A stretch of 64,000 nt of DNA. Origin: the human T2T-CHM13v2.0 reference genome, Homo sapiens. The translations under genes and the position numbers were made by a program. This document shows, piece by piece, positions 1 through 17,012 of the stretch; the stretch's first letter is position 1, and each line of letters starts with the position of its first letter. The stretch is from NCBI RefSeq assembly GCF_009914755.1, contig NC_060934.1; one strand, given 5' to 3'. The notes under the pieces were generated by a model. That model was not told the origin of the DNA. It searched no databases and saw only the letters and a list, made by a program, of their open reading frames with translations.

Positions 1-625
1 TATTATGCTGTTGGTCAAATTCTTTCTGCTGAGGAGGCAAGAATTGAGGTTGCTGCAGCCCCCTAGGGATTTGCCACCAGTAACACTATGATTCACTGGA
101 AAGGCTTGAAATTGTCAGATTTTTAAAGGTTTGCTAATACAGTGGGGTAAAATGGTGTCTTACTGAGTTTTCACTTATTTTTAATACAGATGAATTAATG
201 TATGGGGCAGGGGAGAGTCAGTGATTTCCCAGCCTCCCAATGGGGTATAGAAGCTGACATACCATTTTTCACAGGGTAAGGAGGAGATAGGGAATGTAGA
301 CAATTCTTTTGAGGGGCAGCAAGTGATGGTTAGGGAGAATGATCAACCCAGGAGACAGAAATTAACTGTAAATGATTCGCTTTGGAATTGGAGCCTGAGA
401 GGCAGGCATTATGTTATGGAAAAGACCATCCATCCATGTGTGGTTGCATTCTTCACTCTTCTTTTCATTTCCCAGCTTCTAGGATGTCCCAGTGTCTTCC
501 CTGTGGATCTCCCAGTACCTGCAGGTCACAGAGTAACACAGGCTGTGGCAGAGTCACCTGGGCCTCCCAGAGCAGGGAAGACCAAGCACTGGACACCAAA
601 TTTTTCCACAATTAAAAATACACAT

Positions 626-941
626 GGCCGGGTGCAGTGGTTCACGCCTGTAATCCCAACACTTTGGGATGCTAAGATGGGCGGATCACATGAGTTCAGG
701 AGTTTGAGACCAGCCTGGCCAACATAGTGAAACCCTGTCTCTACTAAAAATACAAAAATTAGCTTAGTGTGGTAGCATACACCTGTAATCTCAGCTACTC
801 GGGAGGCTGAGGCAAGAGAGTCACTTGAACCCAGGAAGCGGAGATTGCAGTGAGTCGAGATCACGCCACTGCACTCTCCAGCCTGGGCCACAGAGCAAGA
901 CTCCATCTCAAAAAAATAAATAAGTAAAATAAAGAAAAAAA
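626..941 (+). mobile_element. Alu (S-like)
   Basis: Full dimer with A tail and TSD aaaaatacacatg. Confidence 0.95.
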
Positions 942-1066
942 TACACATGTATTCATACAAGTGTTGATATTTTGAGTTTTTTTTGTGAAAATATGTTTAT
1001 TTCATTTGTCTCTTTTTCTATTATCTTTTTTCTTATTAATATGTAAGATTTAAAATATATATTCTT

Positions 1067-1366
<300 letters not shown>

Positions 1367-1493
1367 ATATATCCTAGAAACAACTCCCTTATCAATTATG
1401 TGTATTGTAAATCTTACATCCCATTCTGTAGCTTGCCCTTTTACCTTCTTATAGTGTCATTTGAAGAATAGAAGTTTTTAATTATAATATAAC

Positions 1494-2455
<962 letters not shown>

Positions 2456-2499
2456 AACATAGTAGTTGTATTCATCAGCATTTTTCTGTATTTATTTCA

Positions 2500-2825
<326 letters not shown>

Positions 2826-3253
2826 TCATTCTCATAATTGATATTTTCTTCTAAAATTTTTACAGTTTAATTTTTCACATTTAAGTATTCCAAATCAAAT
2901 TTTTTCTATGGTATGAGGTAGAGCTCTGGTTTCTCTTTTCCCCCATAATGATAACAATTTTTCCTGGAACTACTTATTGAAGAACCCATCATTTCTTCAC
3001 AGATCTGCAATTACAATTCAGTCATGAATCCAATTTCTATGTAAAGGAGAGTTGGTTTCTGGCCTCTTTATTTTGTGTCATTATTTAACTTGTCTATCAC
3101 GGTGTAATTGTGTAAACCAGTCTGCCTTAATTACTGTAGCTTCCTAGTTATCTGCTAGATGTCTGCTAAAGTAACTTCCTCATCTTATTCTTCAAGAGTA
3201 TCTTGGCTTTTGGCTTTTTCAAATAAGATTTAAAATAGATTATCAAATTTCAT

Positions 3254-3550
3254 TACAGGCTCACTCCTGTAATCCCAGCACTTTGGGAGGCTGAGGCGGA
3301 TGGATCACCTGAGGTCAGGAGTTTGAGACCAGCCTGGCCAAAATGGGGAAATCCTGTCTCTACTAAAAATGCGAAAATTAGCTGGGCGTGGTGGCGTAAG
3401 CCTGTACTGCCAGCTACTAGGGAGACTGAGGCAGGAGACAGGAGAATCACTTGAACCTGGGAGGCGGAGATTGCAGTGAGCTGAGATCACACCTTTGCAT
3501 TATATCCTGGGCCACAGAGCAAGACTCCGTATCAAAAAAAAAAAAAAAAA
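3254..3550 (+). mobile_element. Alu, slightly 5'-truncated
   Basis: Alu consensus with A tail. Confidence 0.92.
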
Positions 3551-3659
3551 GCTGTTAGGATTTGTTTGAATTATAGTACATGTTGTAGCTATAAATCAGT
3601 TGGGAGACTGACATCTTCAAAAGACTGAATATCCCAATCTATAAATATGGCCCTATCCT

Positions 3660-3940
3660 TTTCAAACTAATGCAGGAACAGAAAACCAAACACTACATGT
3701 TCTCATGTATAAGTGAGAGACAAATAATGAGCACACATGGATGCATAGAGGGGAACAACAGACTCTGGGGCCTATGGGAAGATGGAGGGTGGGAAGAGGG
3801 AGAGGAGCAGAAAAAATAACTAGTGGGTACTGGGCTTAATACCTGGGTGATGAAATAATCTGTGCAGCAAACTCCCATGACAAGAGTTTAACTATGTAAC
3901 AAACCTGCACATGTACTCCTGAACTTCAAATAAAAGCTAG
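3660..3940 (+). mobile_element. L1 3'-end fragment (old primate L1PA/PB)
   Basis: caaactaatgcaggaacagaaaaccaaa...aacctgcacatgtac...aataaaag. Confidence 0.85.
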
Positions 3941-4000
3941 AATATGACCTGCGTCTCTTTTGCCTAAGACTTCTTTAATGTTTTTCTCTTGTTCTTGTTG

Positions 4001-4303
4001 TTTTTGTTTTTGTTTTGTTTTTGAGACACAGTCGCATTCTGTTGCCCAGGCTAAAGTGCAATGGCACGACCTCGGCTCACTGCAACCTCTGCCTTCCGGG
4101 TTCTAAGAGGTTCTCCTGCCTCAGCCTCCCCAGTAGCTAAGATTACAGGCACATGCCACCATGCCCAGCTACTTTTGTATTTTTAGTAGATACGGGGTTT
4201 CCCCAAGTTGGCCACGCTGGACTCGAATTCCTGACCTCAGGTGATCCACCTGCCTCAGCCTCCTAAAGTGCTGGGATTATAGGCGTGAGTCACCATGCCT
4301 GGC
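4001..4303 (-). mobile_element. Alu
   Basis: Reverse Alu consensus. Confidence 0.93.
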
Positions 4304-4522
4304 CTCTTTAATAGCTTTCATAAAGATATATAATTTTTTCCACTTACACATCTTTTGTTAAATTTATTTTTAGGCATTTTGTATCCTTTATTGTAACCAT
4401 AAATGGTATCTTTTTAAAATTTGTCTTTTCTGTTTGTGGCTGCTAGAAGTGCGAATGATTTTTATATTTTGTATCCCACATTCTTGCTGAATATTCTTAT
4501 CCATACTTTAAAAAAAAAAAAA

Positions 4523-4641
4523 TTTGAGATGGTCTTTCACCACGTTGCCCAGGCTGGTCTCGAACTCCTAAGCTCAAGCAATCCTCCCACCTCGGACTCC
4601 CAAAGTGCTGGGATTACAGGCATGAGCTACTGCACCAGGCC
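4523..4641 (-). mobile_element. Alu monomer (FLAM-like)
   Basis: Left arm only. Confidence 0.85.
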
Positions 4642-5351
4642 TAAATATTCTTATCCATTCTAATAACTTAGCTGTAGATTCTCTTTGCCTTAATTTCTTT
4701 AATAGATATAGGATAATTTGGATTTTGTAATTTGTGTCTTTTGAGGAAATTTGTCAGTTTCATCTAGCTGTCAAGTTTATTGACTTGAAGTTGTTTATAA
4801 TATTCTTTTATTTTTAATATCTGTAGGATTTAATTGATATCTTCTTTTTGTTCTCAAAATTGGACATTATGTCTTTTTTCCTGACGAGTCTTGCTGGAAG
4901 TCTTGTTTTGTTTCTGCTAGGATTTTATCATGTAGTTGTGTTGTATTGTCCATGAGTTTTTGGTTTTGTCATCTAGTTACTCCGTTGGTGTGTGATGATG
5001 AGGGGAGATTTAAAAGTGACGTCATCGTCATTGCTGCCATTTTCTAGAAACCTACGCTTTTATTTTTGAAGTATATTTCAGTGGGTAGAATTTTATGTTG
5101 GCAGATTTTTTTCATTTCAACATGAAAAATGTCATTCCGTGGGTTTCTGGCTTCTGTAGTTTCTGATGAAAAGTCCTTCTCCTACTTATTGTTGTTTCTT
5201 TGAAAGTAATATGTCTTTTTTTCCTCTGGCTTCTTTTGAATGTCTCCTTTTATCTTTTTTTTAGCAATTTAATCACGACTTTTTTTCTATTCACCTGCTT
5301 AGGATTTGCAGACATTCCTGTCTGTGAATTAATGTCTTTTATTTGTTTTGA

Positions 5352-6062
<711 letters not shown>

Positions 6063-6392
6063 CCCCATTTTCTCTTTAAATAGAGGTACTGTTCCACTTC
6101 CTTTCTGGTTCTGGGACTCTAATTCCTCACAAGTTAGACCTGTCTGGTATGTTCCACGTCTCTTGTTAACTTTCCTATATTTCCCATCTTTTTCTCTCTC
6201 TCTCTAACCTTCAATTTCAGTGTTTTCTACTAACCTAACTTCCACTTCTTTAATCCTCTCTTCTGTTTTGTCTAATTTGCTGATAAATCCATCTATTGGG
6301 TTTTTAATTTCTGTTATTTTCTCAATTCTATATTCTTTTTAATCCTTAAAAAATAAAGTCCAGGTATTTGGTGAAATTCTCTATATTTTCTT

Positions 6393-6693
6393 GTTATTTT
6401 ATTTTATTTTTTTGAGACAGAGTTTCACTCTTGTAGCCCAGGATGGGGTGCAATGGTACGATCTCAGCTCATGCAACCTCTGCCTCTTGGGTTCAAGCAA
6501 TTCTCCCATCTCAGCCTCCCAAGTAGCCGGGACTACAGGTGTGCACCACCACACCCGGTCAATTTTTGTATTTTTGGTAGAGATCGGGTTTTACCATGTT
6601 AGCCAAGCTTGTCTCAAACTCCTGACTTCCAGTGATCTGCCCACCTCAGCCTCCCAAAGTGCTGGGATTACAGGTGTGAGCCACTGCACCCCA
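6393..6693 (-). mobile_element. Alu
   Basis: Reverse Alu consensus. Confidence 0.93.
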
Positions 6694-6761
6694 CCAATAT
6701 TGACTTTTTAAGCTATGTAATAGATTGACACTCACCATAAGCCTCTGCCCTTGTTCTGCAG

Positions 6762-6881
6762 GTCGTGAAGGTGTTGATTGTCCTGACCCCACAGTTTCTG
6801 TCCCGTGACAAGGACCAGCTGACCAAGGAGCTGCAGCAGCATGTAAAGTCAGTGACAGTCTCATGCAAGTCCCCAAGGAAG
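6762..6881 (+). pseudogene. ACSM1-like penultimate exon (120 nt); the same exon forms the N-terminus of NPIPB proteins
   Basis: ttctgcag|...AAG|gtgagt. Reads [40 protein letters not shown] versus recalled ACSM1 [40 protein letters not shown]. Confidence 0.88.
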
Positions 6882-8376
6882 GTGAGTGAGGGCAGATGGA
6901 AGGGGTCTGGTGCCCCTGAATAGCTCCCAGTGCTTCTGCCCCATGTCTCATAGGGTGGCTGTGCAGGGGAAAGCTTAGGCAGTCACAGTACTGGCTTTTT
7001 CTTCTGCAGAAGAAGGAATTTGGTTTAGGGATGGGATGGCATAGTTGATTTATTTGGATGGAAATTGCTATCTTGTGTAAGAAACGCAAAAGGAATCATT
7101 GCTGGCATGTTAACCTAAAGACAAAAATCAGTCAAGTGCCCAAGGATATTTTTAAAAAGGTTATTTATAGTCCTGTACAAATTTAAAAAAAAAATCCAAA
7201 TCAGCAGCTTTCAAACTTTTTCTAACATGATTCATAGGAAGAAATATGTTCTGTTTTGCAACTCAAAATATATATACATACATATAACAAACAAAAATTA
7301 GTAGAATGATATTTATCTTTATAAATGCAATGCATTCTGATATGTTTATTTTAATTCAATGCCTTGTGCAACCTACAAAAAGTCAAACAATAGAGAAATA
7401 AGGTTTTCATAAAATTGAATATAACCCTGCAATTTAAAATAATGATTCAGTTTTTTATATATTTAACATATATCTCAACACATATTAAGAGAAAAAAGCG
7501 TACTGTGAAAAAGTATACATGGTATTATCCTACCCGTTTGAAAATAAAGTGCAAAGAGATACATATGCCAAAAAGTTAACACTTCCTTCTTTGTAATACT
7601 TTGCTGCAGTGTCTGAGTATTTACAGTCAATACACATTATGAAGCTACATGGCTAACCTTGACTGAGTACTCACTGTGTGTGCCAGCCCCTAGGCTCAAT
7701 GCTTTACATGGATTTTTATTTCATTAAATCCTCTCCTCCACCTGAGATAGCATAGCAAACCATTTTACAAAAACAAAACTGAGGCTCGGAGACTCAAAGT
7801 CAAATGCCCGAGGTTGCAGTCATTAAGAGGCAGGGCTGAAACTGAAACCTATGTGTGTCTGACAACAAGTTCATGTTCTGAGGGTAGGCTAGCCTGCTTC
7901 ACAGAGCATGAAATAGATGGTGCATGCCTGCTACGATGGGCCAGATATCACTGTAGGTTCAGTGGACAGCCCCAGACAATGGAAATTTACAACACTGAAG
8001 GTTCTTATCCTGCTCATGCGGCACGTCCACCATGGCTCTGCTGGGCCTTGTGCTTCACATCCCCTCATCCACCAACAGGATAAAAGGAGCAGCCTCCACC
8101 TGTCAGCTTCTCTAAGAGATGGAGGAGAGGGTGGCCAGTCTCAGTGGCTCCCAACTCTTCTGTCTTGAAGTGACACGCTTCACTTCCACTCACAGGTCCT
8201 GAGTCACATCACACGGCTACATCCACCTTCAAAGGGTCAAGGGGAGAACCTGACACACTCGGTGGATTCCATTAAGGCCACCATATGGTGTCAGCCTGTG
8301 TGGGAGACTGTGGAGGGGCAGAGGAGGAGGGTAGGGAATTGGTAAGTCACTGTGGATTTCCCTTATACTTAACCAG

Positions 8377-9032
<656 letters not shown>

Positions 9033-9999
9033 ATATTAATTTCGACAATACCCTGTGTGAAGCATTTGTTCTGGGAATGAACCTATGTTAAATGCCCTCC
9101 TTCTGTAGTTCTCCCTAATCCACAACCTGAAATATGTTGAGACCAGATTCTCCCTCCTGGCACCAGTTTCTCAGGGTAGCCCTAAGCACCCTTCAATGGC
9201 CAAGACACAGGGGTCCAGGAGGTGTGCCCCATGTGGCACCGGGCACGTGCCTGTGCCCTGGAGTGAGGCCCCAGGAAGGCCGGGGCAGGGCAGATGTCCT
9301 GGGTGGTCAGCCTTGGCTTGGGGACTATATTTGCCTGCCAGACCACTGCTGCCTCCCCCACCCAATGGTCCTTTGTGTCCCCCAATAGTGCCCATGTGCA
9401 CATGTGCCCCAGCCTAAACCTGGCATGTGTGAGTGAGGGCCTCAGCCTCTGGGCACCCAGCACTCCTCTAGCCCTGCCCCTAGCTATCCCCTGTAGTCAC
9501 CTACACATCAGACCTTCCAAGTGGCCCAGGAGCTCTGTCCCCGAGCCCTTCCTAGAGGACCTCACTCATTCACCCTCCCAGGGCCCAGGCTCCCTCCAGC
9601 CCAGAATCCTCCCCCAACAGACAATCTTCCTTCTTTCAGTATAACTCTCTCCGGCGACCCAGAGTCCTCCTCACAACCCTGGCCTGGAGTCCTGTGACCT
9701 GACCCTTCATGCCATCCCTCCTTGGGGCCTAAGAGGGACCACCAGGGGGCCACCAGAGGCTCAGAAAAGCAGGGGCAGAAAAGGCCCTGCCGGGGGATGA
9801 GAGAAGCACATGCTGTCCCCTTCTCAGCCACTCCTGGAGGTCAGCATTGGAGAGGCCTCTCTGTGACTGCCAACTTCCGAGGTGCACAAACCCAGAAACT
9901 CACAGGGAGATAAACAGATACCGCAAGCACAGAGACACAGGGGCACAAAACCACCCCAGCTTCACCTGGGCACTCAGGAGTATGGCCCACGGACAGGCA

Positions 10000-10108
10000 C
10001 ATAAACACACACACCAGGAGGACACAGATACACACACAGAACCATGAGACACAGCCCCACAGGGCTGACTCTACACACAGTGGACACCCACGTGTGCGCA
10101 CACGTGCT

Positions 10109-10147
<39 letters not shown>

Positions 10148-10550
10148 GCACAGACCCACAGGCAGAGAATCAGACATAGAACACACACACTACACAAAAC
10201 ATAAACACACAAATACAAACACAATCAGGGACACCCAAAGGAGAAGCAAATTCACACGCACACACCTCAACACATACACAAAGATACAGAAGCCAGGTAT
10301 ACACAGACACTCTCACCGGGGGCACACATGCCAGAGACACACACATTACCCAATCAGAAACACAAACACAGATTTGCACAACCAACACACACTCATTCAG
10401 AAAGAAAGGACACCCAAATGCGTACAAAGATAGAGAAAAACACAGAGCCACCCTGAGACAGCTACACAGAGACATAATCACAGACACAGACACTCAGATG
10501 CACAGATGAATATATGCAGATTTACGCACCCAAACATGCACACACTCCCA
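10000..10550. repeat. CA-rich low-complexity tract with a (CA)n core at ~10114-10144
   Basis: Seen directly. Confidence 0.9.
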
Positions 10551-12895
10551 GACCCCAGCCCACAGTACAACCAGAGGTGGCACTCCAGAGGGCAATCCTG
10601 GGACCAGCGGACAGAACAGACCCAGGCATGACCTGGCCCTCCTGAGCTCTCTTGGAAGAAAGTATTTTCCAGGTTTCAAACCCAGGGCTGGGGATGTGCC
10701 CCTTCCAGGGCCTACAGAAGGGCTGTGCCTGGGCCCAGAGATGTCAGAGAGAGGCCAGGGTTGGGTGACTCTGGGAACAGGAGCACAAGGTTGCGCCCAG
10801 TACCCTGTCTGGGTATGCTTAGAGTGGGGGTGTTATGTGGTGCTTAGGAGATCTAGAGGTCAAGAGAGAAAGACAGATGTGCCCCCAGAACCATGCCCTG
10901 TGCCTGAGTGGGCTGGCACTCTCTGCGTCACAATAATGCTATGAGGAACATGCTATGATATATCCCCATCATCACAGCTGTGACTGACCCTCACTCATAG
11001 ATGAAGGTGCTGGGCTGGGAACACAGCCACCTGGTTGGACCTCATCTGAGCAGGACTGACCAGGGCAACACTGGGTCCTGGGCAAAACATCTCTGTGGCC
11101 GCATCTTCCTGGGGAGTCTCCAGACCCAGGTTCCCCTTCTCCTAATGTCCCCTCCGATAATCAAGCTCCCCCAGATCTGTTTCTCTGCCTGGATACACCC
11201 CCTCCCCCAACCACTCTGAACCTACATCCCCATCTGTGTAAAGGAACAGTGATAGTACTTCAGGATCTCAGGAGATGATGCCTGCGAAGTGCTATGCTTA
11301 GCACAGTGGCGACAAGAGGGGCTGCTGTTGTCATCATCACTGCCTTTAGTGGCCAAGGACCTCCCAAGGTGCCAGTTCTGGGAAGAAAGATGCCCCTGGG
11401 AGGTTACAATGCTCAGGTACACAGCTGCTCAGCCACTTCCTGCTGTCTTCTGATAGTCTTTGCACACAGCCATTAGCACTCCAGTTGTACAGAAGGAATC
11501 CAGCCCAGCGTTGCACAGTTGGTCACCCAAGGTGCCTCGTCCTGCCAAGGGCCCCTGGCCAAGCCTCCAAGGGACCATGAGGGGCCCGCCTGCAAGGGAG
11601 GTTGACTCTGGCTTTGGGGAGGTGTTTCCTGGTTACATGAATGACTTCTTGTCTGAGGGCCCAAACTCTGTTCGCTTCTCCTTCCTTTCCCTCTCTCTGC
11701 TTGGGCTATAATCAAGGTGACCCCACAACACTTCATGGACATCACAGGTCTCCCATTCACTTTCAGGCTAATCTGACTTCAACTCCCCTTACTTGGTCTT
11801 TCCTTTTACAACCAAGACAACTCAAATCTGGGGGTCTTTATGCAGGTGACAGCACACAAATAGAATTTAATTCCATTGTTTTGTTGTCCCTGTTTTGTTT
11901 TGTTTTGCTTGTTTCTTAGGGTTTCTTTTTATTTATGGTAAAGGCATTGGCTTTCCATTTACAACGGTGATAGAATATTTCCTGTTTACAATAACCTTGT
12001 GTCATCATAAATGCTGAAGGGATTTAAAGCAGTGGTTTTAGGCTGCCAGAGGACTGAGTGAGTTTGGGCACACTCTGCGTCATCAGGCAGAAGAAGGCCT
12101 TTGGGAAGTTTAGCTAAGGACAAGGCCAGCAAAGCTGATGGCCAGTTGGGGTGTCTCTCCTGGTCACCAGGCCCCTGGGTCCTGCCCACCTGCTTGACAC
12201 TCCCCATCCATCACTCCTGGTGCTGCCAAGCCCTCTGGGTATTGTGGCCAAATCCTCCAGGAGAGAAGCTGATGAACTTTGTCTCTTGAAATACACAGAT
12301 TCCTTGGACATCCCTGGGAGGTCAATCATGAGAGTCAACTTGGTTTTCTTTCCCTCATTAGGGTTCAAAGCTTAAAGTCCATGCTCACAGGCAGTAAGAT
12401 GACATAGATAAGTGACATCATTACCCCGGTTCAGATGTTAAAGTGTCCAGGTGGATTAGGGATGATTTAAGACCACACAACCTTGTGCCACAAAGTGGAA
12501 TTCCCAGGCCAGATGGAGACATTTTATTGCCGTATTATGATCTTATCATTGAGTGCAAAGGCAGTCTTGTTTCATTTTGGATTATTTCTTATGTTTCTGT
12601 CTTACTTATAAGGGCGTTGGAATTTCCAAGCATATGAGAATTTGTGGTTAGCTTTTTATCATTGACTTCTAGCATAATTATATGATCAGAAACACGCTAT
12701 GTGATTTGATTTCTCTGAAATGATTGAGATTTGCTTGATGAACAAAATAAGTAGGGTTAATTTTTGTAAATGTACCATGTGTGCTTAAAATGAATGTATC
12801 TCCAACATTTATTCCCAATATACAAGGATGATGGACGGATGGCTACATGGAAGTGATGGAAATGGCTTACTATTCGGACCTTCTACATCCTACTG

Positions 12896-12958
12896 GTGTT
12901 TTGTTGCTTAGTACATGAATTGCTGAGAGGGGGCTGTGGAGCCTCCCACTCTGCTTGT
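12896..12958 (+). pseudogene. NPIP-A-like first coding exon relic (63 nt)
   Basis: VFCCLVHELLRGGCGASHSAC versus recalled NPIPA1 [21 protein letters not shown]. The start codon is GTG and the donor reads ctatga instead of gtatga. Confidence 0.8.
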
Positions 12959-14095
12959 CTATGAGGTTCTTCCTGCCTTCCTGCCATCATTTGTTTCTCA
13001 TGTTTTGCAGCCAGGACTGACCATGAGGAACCCTGAGAACTCAAGAAGGAAGGAGCGGCCCAGAAGCAAGGACAGGAAGCTGGGTTTTGTAAAGCGTGTC
13101 TTGTGCAGATCACTGATTTACCCAAACCAGAAAGGGTCTTAAAGTGCTTATGATTGTCCAAATATAAAGAAATGACAGGTTTCTACTTTGAAAGTTTTCA
13201 CCCTCACATTATAAAACCTCTCCACTACACTCAGGAGAGGGTGCTTTATGGAGATGAGAATATTTTTTCTGACTGGCATGCACCAGATTCTTAGGAAGAG
13301 ATTTGGAAGTCTAGTGATGGGGAGCAACCACTGCATCCAGGCAGAATCACCCCACATGAATGCCTCCAATCAAAGAATCTATTGTTTCTTTTGAGGCTAT
13401 GAAGGAGGAAATGTGTTGAGAATCTTTGTTGGAATTGTTTCCCCTTTACCTGGCTGCATTTTCATAGATCAGTTAAACTCTCTTTCCCTACCTCACCTTT
13501 GAAGACTTGGATACATTTTCCTCATTGCATTTTCTACTTTCACCCTTGCTCATGGCTATCGACTGTCAGAACCGAAGCTTTTACTGGCCCCATTGGACCT
13601 AATCTAGGTAGGAGCCCACTACTGATAACCTACAACCAGATAGTTGTCAGGTGTGACAAGAGTGCCCAAGATGGGGGATGAGTTCCTGGTCAATGACAAG
13701 ATGGCCTTTATCCTTCTTGTACATTTGATCCACATCTTTAACCATTGTGCCCAGAGCTCCTACTCCTTTTCAGACAGAGGCTCCTCAGGGACAGTGCATC
13801 CCTCCCAGGAGCCCAGGCTGTACTCACCTCCACTGTGAGGCTGAAGACAAAAGTGCTACAGAGGTCAAAGGCTGCTTTCTAAAGAGGTTTTATTTGCACA
13901 AAACTGAGTCTTGGTGTGTGGATTGGTCTGAATTACATTTTGAATTTATTTTCTCCCCCAATACTTGTAAATCTAGTGCTTGTAAAATAGTATGTGTGCC
14001 TTTTGTGGTGGTGGCCATACATTCCAGAACATTTATATTGTTTTCCATGCAGATTTCCAAGGTTGCTACTGATTGCTTTAGGTGCAATGCTCTAA

Positions 14096-14428
<333 letters not shown>

Positions 14429-14796
14429 GGTGTTGTATTTTTAACTAAATTCAATTCTCACAGTTTTAATCATAATTCCAAAAAGACTTTGTTATGCAAA
14501 TTCTTTTTGACTTTGAAAATCTGACATGACGTGCGCTGTGTCAGCAGCAAAGTGAACACTGATTTTAGAAACTTGGGCTAAACAACCATCTGTGATTATT
14601 TTTGTTGGAATATAACCCAGGTATTATTATTATAGCAGCTGTCCACTCTCGGTTTTGCATAGATATAAACATATCTTTATGTCATATTTTCATCTATAAC
14701 TTTAAGACTTTTTTCTTATATTTTTCTCATTCTTCCATCATACAGTGTGGACTCTTTTTTTATATATTACAAATAATGTAACACAAATTTCTAAAT

Positions 14797-15100
14797 ATTT
14801 ATTTATTTATTGTTTTGAGACGGAGTTTCCTCTTGTTGCCCAGGCTGGAGTGCAGCTGGGTGGTCTTGGCTCACCACAACCTGTGCCTCCTGGGTTCAAG
14901 CGATTCTTCTTCCTCAGCCTCCTCAGCCTCCCAATTAGCTGGGATTACAGGCACCTGCCACCATACCCAGAGAATTTTTGTTTTAGTAGAGATGGGGTTT
15001 CTCCATGTTGGCCAGGCTGGTCACAAACTCTTGACCTCAGGTAATCCACCTGCCTCAGCCTCCCAAAGTGCTGAGATTACAGGCATGAGCCACTGCACCC
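14797..15100 (-). mobile_element. Alu
   Basis: Reverse Alu consensus. Confidence 0.93.
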
Positions 15101-15337
15101 ACCCTCCACCTTGGTTATTTTTAAGCACTAAAATTTGATACTTATTTCTGAATGAAGTCATCTCTTAATTGTATTTTTTTACTTATATTCTTTAAATTGC
15201 AAAGATTCATGTAATTCAAGAAAGAAGTGGGATCCAGAGAGATTCCTTTATCATGTGATACATGACAAATACATTCAATGTTATATTTCAATCTAAAAAA
15301 TAAGTAAATGACTTTAAAGATAATCACTTTATACCTA

Positions 15338-15550
15338 GTTTGTCCAACCCATGGGTGGCAGAGTGTATTCAACCCGGGACAGCTTTTCTGAATGCAGCCC
15401 AACACAAATTTCTAAACTTTCTTCAAACATTCTGAGATTTTTTTGTGATTTTTTTTCCTCATCAGTTATTGTTAGTGTACTTTATGTGTGGCACAAGACA
15501 ATTCTCCTTCTAATATAGCCCAGGGAAGCCAAAAGACTGGACATGCCTGC
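15338..15550 (-). mobile_element. MER30-like hAT DNA transposon fossil
   Basis: cccagggaagccaaaagactggaca terminus and internal gcagcccaacacaaatt motif. Confidence 0.75.
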
Positions 15551-15787
15551 TTCAGACCAAGAAAAAAGACAGCCCACATTTGCACGCCTAAATACACTAC
15601 CATCCATGCAAGAAACATGAGACTGGAAATTTCCAATCTTTCCTGAAGCAGTGGAATTGCCCGGGGATATCTGAGGGGTGTGGTTACTTCTTGGAGGAGG
15701 TTAAGGGTTTCTAAGGATGATCCTTTGTAACTGAAATATTGTAAATGTCATTGAGCCTTCTCATTATGTCAACTAGTAGTATTCCAT

Positions 15788-15919
15788 ATCGTCAATTTTC
15801 TGCCTGGGCATTTTCATCCCGGGCCTGACTTTTTTGGAATTCCTTGGATGCTTATCATTATTGTTGTGTCCCTGGGAATTTACAAACTTGCCATTTTCTT
15901 CTGCAAAACTAGCCTTGGT
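15788..15919 (+). pseudogene. Transmembrane exon relic (132 nt; NPIP exon 2 / TANGO1 TM exon)
   Basis: IVNFLPGHFHPGPDFFGIPWMLIIIVVSLGIYKLAIFFCKTSLG|gtgagt. 20/44 ungapped identity to recalled TANGO1 [44 protein letters not shown]; also matches NPIP [43 protein letters not shown]. The acceptor is mutated (cat). Confidence 0.85.
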
Positions 15920-16294
15920 GTGAGTACACTAACTTTCCCTAGAGGTGGACTTGTAATCACAAATAAGAAATTATTTAAAACAATTTGTGGTTCTGGACTT
16001 CATTATGAATATTGGGTTTTATTTAAAAAATCAGGAAATGATTTATTAGCATAAGAATTATGAAAAATCTGCCATTTAAATTATGGCAGATTTTTTAAAT
16101 TTTTTTAAATTTTTAATTCAACCTATTTAATTAAAAAATTAAATAGGTTTGTGTTTGTTTAATAGAATGTCAACAGAGCTTTTGGTCAAAAATACGTTTT
16201 TTTAAGCCCTCTGCTCTTTATCAAAAACTGAAGTATAAAGTTTCAGCACTTAAATAAGAAATTCTTTCTAAACTTTTCTGCTTTATAGTTCTAT

Positions 16295-16750
16295 TGTATG
16301 GGTGGAAGGAAAGCTTCCACTCTCCTCTCTAAAGGTTCACTGCAGCAATGTACTAACAACAGACAGCTTAACAGGAGAAGGAAAACATAGAACCTTATTA
16401 ACAGGCATAAACATGGGAGCCAGCCAAAAAATGAGACTGCAAGAAGGGCCAGATGATTGATGCTTAATGAGCACCCTCTTCTCAGGGAAAAGGGAGATGG
16501 AGATGAAGGCAGGGCAGCAAATGATTATTAGGGGAAATGAAAGAGCCCAAGGAACAAACAGCTGGCCTGAGACAAAGTTCCTCTGAGATCATGAGGAAGA
16601 GGCGACAAACTGCAGGAAGGTCAAGGGCAGAACTGCACTGTGTCTCATGATGCAGAGAAAGCCCCAGAGAATCTCTTGGAACTGCCCTCCGAAGAATCAA
16701 TGAAAAGTGTGTCTGGGCAGAGTAATGAGTGGTCATTTCAAATGGCATCA
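16295..16750. mobile_element. Probable solo LTR, family not assigned
   Basis: TG...CA bounded segment with ERV-LTR-like composition, inside the pseudogene intron. Confidence 0.4.
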
Positions 16751-16931
16751 TTCAAAGTACATGTTCTCGGTTGCCACTGGAGAGGGATCGGTATGTCAAA
16801 AGTCTGTACTGGTTAAGAATGTGGCTGCTAAATTGTGCCATAATTTGGCTTTTGAGCATTTTTGTCCATTGAGTAAATCGAGCTCTACGTTTTCTCTTGC
16901 TGTTCATGACAGTAAAAGTTTGGGTGTCTAG

Positions 16932-17012
16932 GGGCTTAAACATCTTCTGAACAATGATCCAAGAAAAAAGTGCTAACACCACAATGCTTTTTTATCCTCA
17001 AGGGAAGGGGGA
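16932..17012 (+). pseudogene. Possible TANGO1 coiled-coil exon relic
   Basis: tag|...MIQEKSANTTMLFYPQGKG|gtatgt versus recalled [20 protein letters not shown]. Weak similarity, frameshifted. Confidence 0.4.

Noticed and set aside
515-590. AVAES peptide resembling an upstream ACSM1 exon (HPAVAESAVV)
   Set aside because: Only five residues match, with no matching splice sites or flanking similarity.
12070-12420. CRE-like motifs (tgcgtca, tgacatca) as a testis promoter for the fossil gene
   Set aside because: Short imperfect motifs expected by chance; no TSS evidence.
13600-13745. Hydrophobic peptide MAFILLVHLIHIF suggesting a vomeronasal receptor pseudogene
   Set aside because: No extended seven-transmembrane similarity.
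15895-15925. KRAB-A-like exon end (..SLG|gtgagt), given a vague memory of a ZNF pseudogene name at this locus
   Set aside because: Better explained as the TANGO1/NPIP TM exon. I saw no C2H2 or KRAB motifs in the window.
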